From an uncultured Gammaproteobacteria bacterium (GTDB lineage Bacteria > Patescibacteriota > Patescibacteriia > 2-01-FULL-39-33): a stretch of 64,000 nucleotides of DNA. This document shows positions 9,868 to 19,568 of the stretch, one piece after another; the stretch's first letter is position 1, and each line of letters begins with the position of its first letter. The translations under genes and the position numbers were made by a program. Below the pieces are notes generated by a model. It saw nothing but the letters and a program-made list of their open reading frames with translations, was not told the origin of the DNA and searched no databases. The stretch is taken from NCBI GenBank assembly GCA_964573235.1, contig CAZNIV010000001.1, positions 3,709 through 67,708 of the forward strand, given 5' to 3'.

Positions 9868-10953
9868 TTACTTACTACTAACCAAAGAATGGGCTCCAAA
9901 GTACATAATATTTGGATAATTTGGATTGATTAATATTCGATTAACCATTCTAGAAAAAGGCAATTTAGCTGAGGACCATGTTTTGCCACCATCTAACGAC
10001 TTAACCAAGGTGGTAGCCGTTGTGTAATATACCTCATTACTATTCTTAGGATTAACCGCTACGGAGTAGATAAGAGATGGCTTAGCGGTGGTTAATAGTG
10101 ATATTAAAGACCAAGTCCGTCCTTGATTATCCGACTTAACCATACTATATTTAGAGGCAACTATCAATGAGCCACGAGTAGCCCGATCAACCACTAAAGA
10201 AACGTACTCCTGACTAGAAAAATATTGTTTTATTCCCTCGCCCATATTGGCCCACGATTGACCCCAGTCAGCTGTTTTATAAATACCACTTTCTTTAGTA
10301 ATGGCATAAATAACACTAGAATCATCTGGGTCCATTACCAAATCAATAAAGCTACTATTTTTAACTGTATAAGCTACATACCAAGACGTGCCACCATTTT
10401 CTGATTTAATAATTTCACCGCCACGATTAGCCACATATAATATAGAGCTATTTTTTATATCAATAGCAATGTCGCTCAATACAATCTTGTCATTTTGATG
10501 ATAATAAACATTATCCCAATTACGGCCACAATCTTTTGATTTTACTACGCGATTACCAACTAAAACATAAATAATACATTTATTGTTTGGGTCCACCGCC
10601 ACCGACTGCACCTGCATCTTGGCAAACTCCGGAAAAGTATTCCAGCTCAAGCCCTCATCCCAACTATAATAAACGCCATTGGCCTCGGTAGCTAAATAAA
10701 TCGCTCGATAGTCAGACGGATCAAAAACCATCCGCCTAATATCTACTCCTGCAATAGAAGCGACTTTTCCGCCAACAACCGGTATAGCTACTCGTTGAGC
10801 AAAGGTTTTTCCACTATCTTGACTACGCCAAATGCCACCATCCGCCCCTGAAGAAGTAGTACCACCACTCCCGCCTAAGCTAACCGTGCAACCCGAAGCT
10901 AATAAAACCAATCCGACTAATAAAAAACTTCCAAACAATCGCCAATATCTCAT
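9868..10953 (-). CDS. BNR/Asp-box beta-propeller protein (Ycf48-like) with lipobox-like signal
   Basis: Repeated SxDxGxTW Asp-boxes (SQDSGKTF, SWDEGLSW, SKDCGRNW, SENGGTSW, TADWGQSW, SDNQGRTW, SLDGGKTW); signal ends LLASGC. Confidence 0.85.
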   Translation of the reverse strand: MRYWRLFGSFLLVGLVLLASGCTVSLGGSGGTTSSGADGGIWRSQDSGKTFAQRVAIPVVGGKVASIAGVDIRRMVFDPSDYRAIYLATEANGVYYSWDEGLSWNTFPEFAKMQVQSVAVDPNNKCIIYVLVGNRVVKSKDCGRNWDNVYYHQNDKIVLSDIAIDIKNSSILYVANRGGEIIKSENGGTSWYVAYTVKNSSFIDLVMDPDDSSVIYAITKESGIYKTADWGQSWANMGEGIKQYFSSQEYVSLVVDRATRGSLIVASKYSMVKSDNQGRTWSLISLLTTAKPSLIYSVAVNPKNSNEVYYTTATTLVKSLDGGKTWSSAKLPFSRMVNRILINPNYPNIMYFGAHSLVSSK

Positions 10954-12008
10954 AAATTTATAATTAAATTATCTAAAATAGTTCTAGGATTAATACTATT
11001 TCTGAGCCACCCACGAGCTTGCTCAATATACTCCATTATACCTTTTATTTTAATAAAAGAAAAATTACCCACCTGTTTTTCTAAAACCCCCAAATATTGT
11101 GAATTTACCACTAATTGTTCACTATCCCCAAGAAGTAACATCAAATCACGCAACGCCACTTGCCAATTTTCGAGCATCAACTCCATCGCCCCTACTACAT
11201 TTTCTTCATCAAAATTTTTGACTTCTTTTTCTGACCAAGATAAACGCTCACCCACCGGCAAGGCTAAAACTTCAAAAAAACTATCAATATGCGCTAAATA
11301 CTTTTCTAATTTATGTGGTTCATGCCAATAATCAATCGCTACACCCGGACGCCCATGCGACAAGTGCGCCAAATAATCGGCTTTATCTAAACCTAAGCCT
11401 TTATAAATCAAATAAGCTGAAATTTTCTTTTTTTCTACCGGCAGAAATTTAATCACTTGGCAACGCGATACAATCGTAGTCGGAATTTTTTTAATATCAT
11501 CGGTAATAAAAATAATTACCGTTTTTGCCGTTGGCTCTTCTACGGTTTTAAGTAACGCATTAGCCGCATTAACATTAACGCGTTCTGCTTCTGGAATAAT
11601 AGCGATTTTATAACTACCCAAAAAAGATGATTGCTGTAATTGTAAACGCAAATCGCGAATTTGCTCCACTGAGACATCGCGTTTTAATTTATCCGTTTTT
11701 TCATCCGTCGCTCGTTCTACTAAAAACATATCCGGATAAATACCTTTTTTAAGTGCCTGACAACTATGACAAACTCCACACGGTTTTTTACCAGCAATCA
11801 AAGCCTCTTTCGGATTATGTTGACAAATAATAGCACTAGCGAACTGTTTGGCTAGAGTTAATTTACCCAATCCCCTAGCTCCGCAAAAAATATAAGCTTG
11901 GGCTACCTTATTATTTTTCAAAGTCAAATCTAAAAATTCTACCGCCTGCTCTTGGCCGCAAATATCCCAATAATGATCAGCGATTTTAATATCAAAACTT
12001 TTTCTCAT
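10950..12008 (-). CDS. holB: DNA polymerase III delta' subunit
   Basis: AYIFCGARGLGK, Zn motif PCGVCHSC, ANALLKTVEEP, TIVSRC. Confidence 0.92.
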   Translation of the reverse strand: MRKSFDIKIADHYWDICGQEQAVEFLDLTLKNNKVAQAYIFCGARGLGKLTLAKQFASAIICQHNPKEALIAGKKPCGVCHSCQALKKGIYPDMFLVERATDEKTDKLKRDVSVEQIRDLRLQLQQSSFLGSYKIAIIPEAERVNVNAANALLKTVEEPTAKTVIIFITDDIKKIPTTIVSRCQVIKFLPVEKKKISAYLIYKGLGLDKADYLAHLSHGRPGVAIDYWHEPHKLEKYLAHIDSFFEVLALPVGERLSWSEKEVKNFDEENVVGAMELMLENWQVALRDLMLLLGDSEQLVVNSQYLGVLEKQVGNFSFIKIKGIMEYIEQARGWLRNSINPRTILDNLIINL

Positions 12009-12017
12009 GACTATTTT

Positions 12018-13130
12018 TTATTTTAACAAACGCGCTAAAATAATTTTTGCGGTCTTTTCCCAAGAAAAATCCTTTACTCTCTCCAATCCCTTGATAATCA
12101 ATTCCTTCCGCTTTACTTCGTCCGCTAACAATTCCGCAATCTTTTCCGCTAAATCTTTTTCACTCTTCGCGTCGGCCAATACCGCCGCCACACCTGCCAC
12201 TTCTTGATGTGGATTTATATTTGAAGTCACCACCGGCACCCCACAAGCCATCGCTTCTAAAATTGGAATACCAAAACCTTCATACAGCGTAGGAAATAAA
12301 AATATCACCGCCGAACTCATGATAATTGGCAAATGTTCTTTTTTAACATAACCCAATAACAAAATGCGATTTTCTAATTTATAATCCGCAATTTTTTGCT
12401 TAATATTATGCAATTCATTACCATCACCACCTGCTAAAACCAACTTTAACTGACTATTGCTTTTGGCTAATATGTTAAACGCTTCCACCATACGAATCAC
12501 ATTTTTTTTACGCTCTATACGACCAACATATAATAGATAAGGCGTGGTAATACCATAATAATGCAATACATCAGCCGATTGATTACTTTGCTTATTATAT
12601 TGACTAGCGTCAAAACCCAAAGGGGCCACCGTAATTTTATCAGGCAAAATATTATAAAGTTTAACTATTTCCTGTTTAGAAAATTCTGAAACAGTTAAAA
12701 TAATATCTGCCCGACGTTTAATGCGCCACATCGTTAATTCATGATACCAATACTGAATTCTTTTATATAATTCCGGAAAGCGCTTAAAACCAACATCGTG
12801 AACCGTTACTGCCACTTTAATCTTTTTTGATAAAAATAAAAATGGAATCGTATGCGCCGGAACAAATAAAACATCCGGGGGATTCAATAATAATTCCCAC
12901 CATAACCTAATTTGCGTCCACAAATATTTTGGCAACCAAACTAAATGTTTTTCTAAAAAATTAACCGGACAAATTTCTAACCCACCAGTCAACGCTTCAC
13001 CTGTATATAGTAAAAACTTAACTTCTGCCGGAGCCATTTTTTTTAATTGCTCAATAACGTGATAAGAATACCACTCTACTCCGGTTTTGATTGGCTTATT
13101 GGCGCGAGAGGCATCAATCCCGATCAACAT
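12018..13130 (-). CDS. Glycosyltransferase family 4
   Basis: VGRIERKKN and YEGFGIPILEAMACG. Confidence 0.92.
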   Translation of the reverse strand: MLIGIDASRANKPIKTGVEWYSYHVIEQLKKMAPAEVKFLLYTGEALTGGLEICPVNFLEKHLVWLPKYLWTQIRLWWELLLNPPDVLFVPAHTIPFLFLSKKIKVAVTVHDVGFKRFPELYKRIQYWYHELTMWRIKRRADIILTVSEFSKQEIVKLYNILPDKITVAPLGFDASQYNKQSNQSADVLHYYGITTPYLLYVGRIERKKNVIRMVEAFNILAKSNSQLKLVLAGGDGNELHNIKQKIADYKLENRILLLGYVKKEHLPIIMSSAVIFLFPTLYEGFGIPILEAMACGVPVVTSNINPHQEVAGVAAVLADAKSEKDLAEKIAELLADEVKRKELIIKGLERVKDFSWEKTAKIILARLLK

Positions 13131-13134
13131 AAGG

Positions 13135-14157
13135 TTATTTAGTAGCTAAAATACTGCGCTTATAGCTTTCAAGATTTTCTAAAGCAATACCAGTGCCACG
13201 CGCTACACAATATAAAGCGTCATCAGCCACATAAGCAGAAAGACCGGTGGCTTGAGTAATTAATTTATCTATATTGCGCAACAAAGAAGATCCACCCGAC
13301 ATCACGATACCTTTATCAATTACATCAGCTGCCAACTCTGGCGGAGTACGATGTAAAACACCCTTAACCGCATTAGCAATGCCTTCTAAATCTGATTGTA
13401 ACGCCTCAGTTACATCATCTGATGACACTACAATAGTTTTTGGCAAACCCGATATCATATCGCGACCACGCACATTCATATACATTTTTTCTTCTAAATA
13501 CAAAGCGGAACCAATATTCTTTTTAATATCTTCAGCGGTAATTTCACCAATCGCCAAATTATACTTACGACGAATATATTCCATGATTGCCATATCAAAA
13601 CGATTACCACCAATACGCACCGAAGCTGAGCAAACAATGCCACCCAAGGCCAAAACCGCAATTTCTGAAGTACCACCACCAATATCAATAATCATATTGC
13701 CGGAAGCTGAGCCAATCGGAATATTAGCGCCAATCGCTGCTACAATTGGTTCTTTAATAATATAAGCCGCTTTAGCGCCAGCCGCAATGGTTGCATCGAT
13801 AACGGCACGACGCTCAGTAGAAGTAATACCATCTGGCACTGCTACCATCACCTCGGGACGAAAAATTCTTACCCCACCCAAAGCTTTATTGATAAAATAA
13901 CGCAACATTGCCTCAGTTGTTTTATAATCCGCAATCACACCCTCTTTTAGCGGCCTCTTAGCAATAATCGTATCCGGAGTACGTCCAATCATTTCTTTAG
14001 CTTCTACGCCAACTGCAATAATCTTTTTATCTGCCACCGAAATCGCCACCACTGACGGTTCATTAATTACAACACCTTTTTTGGGCAAATAAACCAAAAC
14101 ATTAGTAGTTCCAAGGTCAATACCGATTTTCTTTTGAAACAAGGAAAAAATAGACAT
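13135..14157 (-). CDS. mreB: MreB/Mbl actin homolog, copy 2 (canonical active site)
   Basis: IGIDLGT, NEPSVVA, KEPIVAAIGA, IDIGGGTSE, TPPELAAD. Confidence 0.95.
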   Translation of the reverse strand: MSIFSLFQKKIGIDLGTTNVLVYLPKKGVVINEPSVVAISVADKKIIAVGVEAKEMIGRTPDTIIAKRPLKEGVIADYKTTEAMLRYFINKALGGVRIFRPEVMVAVPDGITSTERRAVIDATIAAGAKAAYIIKEPIVAAIGANIPIGSASGNMIIDIGGGTSEIAVLALGGIVCSASVRIGGNRFDMAIMEYIRRKYNLAIGEITAEDIKKNIGSALYLEEKMYMNVRGRDMISGLPKTIVVSSDDVTEALQSDLEGIANAVKGVLHRTPPELAADVIDKGIVMSGGSSLLRNIDKLITQATGLSAYVADDALYCVARGTGIALENLESYKRSILATK

Positions 14158-14171
14158 AAGCCAGTATATAT

Positions 14172-16118
14172 TTAGAATCTTAAACGATATTCTTTATCCA
14201 TCGATAAATCATCAACCCAATTAATAGTTTTACCCTCAAATGCACTAGGCGACTTATCTGCCTGATAGGCTTGAATCAGTTTACCGAAGTTCAGGTTAAT
14301 TTTCAAGTTATGCTTTGTACCAGGCTGTTTTTGCACTAAAATGTCAAATTTACCATTTTGATACGCCTTAATCAATTCTGGCGCTAAGCGATATTCTAAA
14401 ACTAACTTTTGCCACTTCCCCGGCTCAGTAACCATAAAAGTAGCGGCATATTTTTTACCCAAATCTTCACCAATTTCTAAATCTTTTAAAATTTCTAAAT
14501 CTTTTTGGCCTTCGGCAGATTGCAAATACGCTTTTAAGAACCAAGTGCCACTTGGTACATAAACCCGAACATAATTACGATAGCGCGTAATTAAATCGGT
14601 TAAATATTGACCATTATGATAATAAGTTAATTCTATATGCGCCACTAGGTCGCCATTTTTATCTGCCATTACGGAATATTGAAGATCGCGAGTTATTACT
14701 TGATCCGTTTTTAAAGAAGCCATATTACTATCCACCACCATTAAATAGTCACCACCATACCCCTTAACCACCCCTGACCAATTTTTATCAAAGAAAAATT
14801 GCTGTAAATTTTTATCTGTTAAATAAACTAAAATATTTTTCTCATCTATATTCTGCTTTAAGGCTAACCAAATTTTTAATAAATCCCTTGATGGCATCTG
14901 ATAAATTTCGGCCAATAACTTTTTACTCAAATCACTAATAATACTTTTGCGCTGAGTAGCACCGATGCCTTGATTTTTATAATCAAATTCCACAAACTGA
15001 TCTAAATCGGCAGCGAAGTTTTTATCATCAAATAATACATTATTAACATACATTGGCCCAATTACCGAAAGCAGGTTGGCAATAAATTCCGGAGTTAAAG
15101 CAATTACGCCATCTAAAGCAATTGGCGCTAACGAAGCATTTTTTCTTTCTTCATTAAAAAACCACAGAATTTTTTCAGCTGATTGCGACCAGTCTGGCGA
15201 CCAATTAGCGTCGCGCAAATACCATGTTTTTTGATTAATATATTTTTGCATCGGTTCTGGTGGCGTAGCCTGTAATTTACCTTGCGATAACTTGTCTAAG
15301 TTATAAATATCATCTGTAAATAAATCAGTAATCTTGCCGTCTTTAACGGTTAATAAACCATAAGAGCCAATAAATCCGCCGGTTGGCCTGATTTCTAAAT
15401 TATTTTGAAATAAAAATAAATAATGCTTTTCTTTTTGATAACCGACCAGTTCTGGTAAATTACTCACAATTGGCAAGGCAATTTCAGTATTCTCTACCAC
15501 TTGCTTCAATAAAAATCCAACACTAGCAATTTGTGCTTTAAGCGGACCAACTAACATGGCGCTATCTATTTTTTCAATAAGCACATTCGCCTCTTCAATT
15601 TCTTTTTTAGCTTCCAAAAAAGTTACTTTATTGTCATTAATCAATTGAAGCAAGGCAATGCGACGCTCATCGTTATTTAAAACTGACTTAACTATTTCTG
15701 GATTCAATTTATTCTCTAACTGACTAAAAACAGATGCTACTCTGCCATAACCAGACAATAACTTTTCTACCGATGATAATAAGGTATCAACTGCCATTAA
15801 ATTTTCTTTAACTACTGGCAACCATTGCACTGGACCAATCCAGCGTAAACTATTTTTTATACTAACAATACGCTTCTGTGCCAGTGATAAATTATTTTTA
15901 GCTAAATCAATTTTTCCACCCAATAAATCAGCTACTGCCTGATTAGCATTCTGATTTATCGCTTTAGCATCGCCAACAATTACAGAGGCACTGATTGCTA
16001 ACGGTACTAATATCAACAACAATAAACCAATAACGGCAAATAAAGCCCATCTAATCCAATGGTTGGAGATTTTTTTAACTTTAGTCTCTACTACCAAATC
16101 CGATTGTAAATCAAACAT
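14172..16118 (-). CDS. DUF4012 domain membrane-anchored protein
   Basis: N-terminal TM, helical region, LFQNNLEIRPTGGFIGSY and LRDANWSPDW motifs. Confidence 0.85.
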   Translation of the reverse strand: MFDLQSDLVVETKVKKISNHWIRWALFAVIGLLLLILVPLAISASVIVGDAKAINQNANQAVADLLGGKIDLAKNNLSLAQKRIVSIKNSLRWIGPVQWLPVVKENLMAVDTLLSSVEKLLSGYGRVASVFSQLENKLNPEIVKSVLNNDERRIALLQLINDNKVTFLEAKKEIEEANVLIEKIDSAMLVGPLKAQIASVGFLLKQVVENTEIALPIVSNLPELVGYQKEKHYLFLFQNNLEIRPTGGFIGSYGLLTVKDGKITDLFTDDIYNLDKLSQGKLQATPPEPMQKYINQKTWYLRDANWSPDWSQSAEKILWFFNEERKNASLAPIALDGVIALTPEFIANLLSVIGPMYVNNVLFDDKNFAADLDQFVEFDYKNQGIGATQRKSIISDLSKKLLAEIYQMPSRDLLKIWLALKQNIDEKNILVYLTDKNLQQFFFDKNWSGVVKGYGGDYLMVVDSNMASLKTDQVITRDLQYSVMADKNGDLVAHIELTYYHNGQYLTDLITRYRNYVRVYVPSGTWFLKAYLQSAEGQKDLEILKDLEIGEDLGKKYAATFMVTEPGKWQKLVLEYRLAPELIKAYQNGKFDILVQKQPGTKHNLKINLNFGKLIQAYQADKSPSAFEGKTINWVDDLSMDKEYRLRF

Positions 16119-16120
16119 TT

Positions 16121-16894
16121 TTATTTATGGTAATAATAAAGATATTTAAACCAATCAAAAATATGAATCCAAAATATTTTAGAAAAAATACCGCTAGTGG
16201 CCGATTCACGCTTATGATAATGCACAATATTCGTATCGGCAAAATACATCACCTTCCAACCACAATCCCAGAACTGCTTAGCCAACGCCACATCGCCAAA
16301 ATATAAAAATAACTTCTCGTCCATTAAACCAACTTTTATCAAGCGATCACGACGAATCATATAACAAGCACCCAAAATCCAATCTACCTGCCTAATTTCT
16401 TGATGAGAAAAATCATGCATCAAATATTGACTTGTTTTTCTTTTTCCCGCTGGTAAGTTACCCAAAAAAGTACGGCGATAAATTGGCACCATTGCTGTTG
16501 GAAACCGCATGCACGACATTTGAATTGAGCCATCGGGATTTTTTAATTTTGGTCCGACCAATGCCACATCATCATTGAATAATAAATAATCATGCATTTT
16601 TTGAATGGCACTATCTAAAAATGCAATGTCAGTATTTAAAATTAAAACGTGCTTCCCCTTAGCTTCTTTAATTGCCCAATTATTGCCCTTGTGATAACCA
16701 AGATTTTCAGTTGCCACCAATAAACGCACTTGGGGAAATTTTTCTGCCACCATTTCTACACTACCATCTTGCGAATTATTATCTACTACAATAATTTCAA
16801 AATTAGCCTGAGGCGCAAATTTATAAATCCCCCTCAAGCATTGTTTGAGTAGGCCTCTGGTTTTATAATTAACAATAATAATTGAAATATCCAT
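16121..16894 (-). CDS. Glycosyltransferase family 2 (rhamnosyltransferase-like)
   Basis: ISIIIVNY, VDNNSQDGS, LNTD, DWILGAC, DEKLFLYFGD. Confidence 0.9.
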   Translation of the reverse strand: MDISIIIVNYKTRGLLKQCLRGIYKFAPQANFEIIVVDNNSQDGSVEMVAEKFPQVRLLVATENLGYHKGNNWAIKEAKGKHVLILNTDIAFLDSAIQKMHDYLLFNDDVALVGPKLKNPDGSIQMSCMRFPTAMVPIYRRTFLGNLPAGKRKTSQYLMHDFSHQEIRQVDWILGACYMIRRDRLIKVGLMDEKLFLYFGDVALAKQFWDCGWKVMYFADTNIVHYHKRESATSGIFSKIFWIHIFDWFKYLYYYHK

Positions 16895-16895
16895 A

Positions 16896-17933
16896 TTAAT
16901 TAATCCAATGACGCAAATATCTAGCTTCCACTCTCGCCTTTTTCATGATTTTTTTGCGTTTAGCTAACATTTTTGGCAATAATTTTAATATCTGACCCAA
17001 AGCTTTAATTGAAGACCATTCTAAAAATAATATATATAATACCTTTTTAAACTCATAACCTAAAATATTCGGCCAATACTTTTTTAAATTTTCTGCTTGC
17101 AGGTTTTTTACTAACATGAACCAGTGATTACGAAAAGAATAAAAACGAGAAATTTTAGATTGTTTACGGCGCAATTTAAAAATATCCATAAACTTGCGCT
17201 TTTCTGAACCAGCCAAAGATCGTACATGATAAGCCTTAGCCATTGGCACCAAAAATGACTTCCAGCCAAACAATTGCAATCTCCAAGCTAAATCAATATC
17301 CTCTTTATAAATAAAAAAATCTTCATCAAAACACTCGCTCGTTGTGCCCTCTTGATTACCCAAACAAACATCATTCAATGCCTCGCGTTTGTAAAGAGCC
17401 AAACCGGCACAATGACCAAAAACTTCTTGATTACTAACAAAAGCATCACCATCTTGCCCGGCACCCAATTCAACAACCCGAAAGTTATTTTCTATTTTTA
17501 AACCACAAGAATCAATAATATTAGAACGCTCTAATTCATTGGTATCAGCATTCACGATTCGACTCTTTAACATTTTTCCACCAAAACTACCATACTCCGA
17601 ATATTTATCTGATTCCGCCACCGCCATGATATTTTCTAACCAATTATCCTCTAAAACAATATCCGGATTACAAGTAATAATATAAGGCGAGTTCAATAAA
17701 CGAATACCTTGATTATTAGCCTTAGCAAAGCCCAAATTTTTATTATTTTGAAAAACAGTAATATCTGGATAATTAGTTTTCAAAAATTTAACCGTGCCAT
17801 CTTGCGAGTTATTATCAATTACCAAAATTTGAAACTCCCGATGAGTTTGACGCAAAATAGACTCCACACATTCTCCAATGTATTTTATACTATTCCAAGT
17901 AACGATTTGAAATGTAATCTTTGGTGATAACAT
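16896..17933 (-). CDS. Glycosyltransferase family 2
   Basis: IDNNSQDGT, NLGFAKANN, NPD, FDEDFFIYKEDIDLAWR. Confidence 0.9.
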   Translation of the reverse strand: MLSPKITFQIVTWNSIKYIGECVESILRQTHREFQILVIDNNSQDGTVKFLKTNYPDITVFQNNKNLGFAKANNQGIRLLNSPYIITCNPDIVLEDNWLENIMAVAESDKYSEYGSFGGKMLKSRIVNADTNELERSNIIDSCGLKIENNFRVVELGAGQDGDAFVSNQEVFGHCAGLALYKREALNDVCLGNQEGTTSECFDEDFFIYKEDIDLAWRLQLFGWKSFLVPMAKAYHVRSLAGSEKRKFMDIFKLRRKQSKISRFYSFRNHWFMLVKNLQAENLKKYWPNILGYEFKKVLYILFLEWSSIKALGQILKLLPKMLAKRKKIMKKARVEARYLRHWIN

Positions 17934-17935
17934 AA

Positions 17936-19441
17936 TTAAGCTTTCTTTTCAGTTACCCAGAAACCTAGACGATACTTACCGCCCAAAAGTAATCTGGTTT
18001 GCGCTTCAATGGATGGGATCGCCCCAAAAAATACCATAGTTACTGGGAACAATACCCATTGAACTAGCATAATTAAATAATTAACAATATTATATCCCTT
18101 TGGTCGCGCTGGCAACATAAAAGTGTACATGATTGAATTAATTATCAAGCCTACCATACCAATCATCATCAAGGTTTCCAAGGTGCGTGGCGCATTCTGT
18201 AAAAAGGCTGAAGCTTTTTCATTCTGATCAGCCAAAATTAAAGGTAAGCGACCATAAATTAAAATTAATAAAGGCGCCGTCGCCCAAGAATACATACCTT
18301 CGGTTTGATTCCACAAGTAATGCAAGCGTTTTTTTAATGGCATTTTAGTATGCGCCTTAGGGCCAAAAAAATTATTCACGAGCCAGGGAAAATGCTCTAC
18401 CCCCCACGCCCAACGACGCATTTGCTTATACTGATCTTTAATGCTTTTCCAAAATGAGCCAACATAAACGGTATCCATCGACAAAGTCACGAACATTGGC
18501 ACCACTTCGTAATCACCATTATAATTAACAATCGCCTGCAAACAAATGCGCGAATCCTCGGATACAATTGTTTTATCGTGAAAGCCCACATCTGATAGCA
18601 TTTTAAAGCTCATACTATGCGAAGAAAAAGTGAGTAATTTTTCGGGACGCGATAAATCGGTTAACAACCAAAAAGTCGTGGAAGAAGCCACCACGCGCAC
18701 GATCGGGTTAGATTCCCAAATATTGTTGTTATACAAAATCAACGGTTGAAAACTGGCGTGGGTAGGATTTTTGTGCGTTAAATATTTGTAAGTTAAACAG
18801 GAAAAATATTGAATGTGCGGTAAGGTTTCGATATCAAAACAAGATACAATAATTTTTTCATAAGGGAATTGTAACTCATCAATATAAGCCTTTAAATGGC
18901 GCTCCATATAATTAACATTTGAGCCCTTGCCTGGCAATTCATCTTTGGCGCGCGGATGCACCGTAATAATTAACTTTTTAAAGTATCGTTCATATTTAAC
19001 GCGAATTTTTTCAGCACTAACCAAAAAGTTTTCTTTATCCCCTTCTTCACCACCCAAAACAATAATCATTTTATCTTTAGGATAAATGGTTTTTAACAAC
19101 TCCGCAAAAGAGCGGTCGATTATCTCATAAGGCTCTTTATAAGTAGGATAAGTGATGACATGCAAATAATCATTATAATCCTTGCCGTCTGATTGTTGTT
19201 TTAAATCTTCCAGTTTAGCCATCCAATCAATTTTAACATCATGGCGATAACGAAACCAAGAAATACCCAGCCAAACCATCATGTAAAATAAACGAAGAAT
19301 CCAATAAGTAACAAAAACAATCACAAAATAAATCGCCCAAATTGGCTTAATAAACGATAAAATAGTGAGAAAAACAAAAGTCAGCCACACTAAGGAGGCT
19401 GGGAAGAATTCACTTATTCTGGCAATAGTTGATTCCTTCAT
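17936..19441 (-). CDS. Membrane-embedded GT2 with QxxRW motif (processive synthase-like)
   Basis: Two N-terminal TMs, PTYKEP, GKGSN, FDIE, SEDSR, QMRRWAWG, several C-terminal TMs. Confidence 0.8.
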   Translation of the reverse strand: MKESTIARISEFFPASLVWLTFVFLTILSFIKPIWAIYFVIVFVTYWILRLFYMMVWLGISWFRYRHDVKIDWMAKLEDLKQQSDGKDYNDYLHVITYPTYKEPYEIIDRSFAELLKTIYPKDKMIIVLGGEEGDKENFLVSAEKIRVKYERYFKKLIITVHPRAKDELPGKGSNVNYMERHLKAYIDELQFPYEKIIVSCFDIETLPHIQYFSCLTYKYLTHKNPTHASFQPLILYNNNIWESNPIVRVVASSTTFWLLTDLSRPEKLLTFSSHSMSFKMLSDVGFHDKTIVSEDSRICLQAIVNYNGDYEVVPMFVTLSMDTVYVGSFWKSIKDQYKQMRRWAWGVEHFPWLVNNFFGPKAHTKMPLKKRLHYLWNQTEGMYSWATAPLLILIYGRLPLILADQNEKASAFLQNAPRTLETLMMIGMVGLIINSIMYTFMLPARPKGYNIVNYLIMLVQWVLFPVTMVFFGAIPSIEAQTRLLLGGKYRLGFWVTEKKA

Positions 19442-19568
19442 TTACTTGATTTATGAGCTTATTTATAACATTTTTAAGCGAAAAAATCAACCCATAAAAA
19501 AGTCAGATACAAAAAACACTTCAAATTCATCAAATGAAGCATTTTATCTTATAAATAAGCGATAAAAC

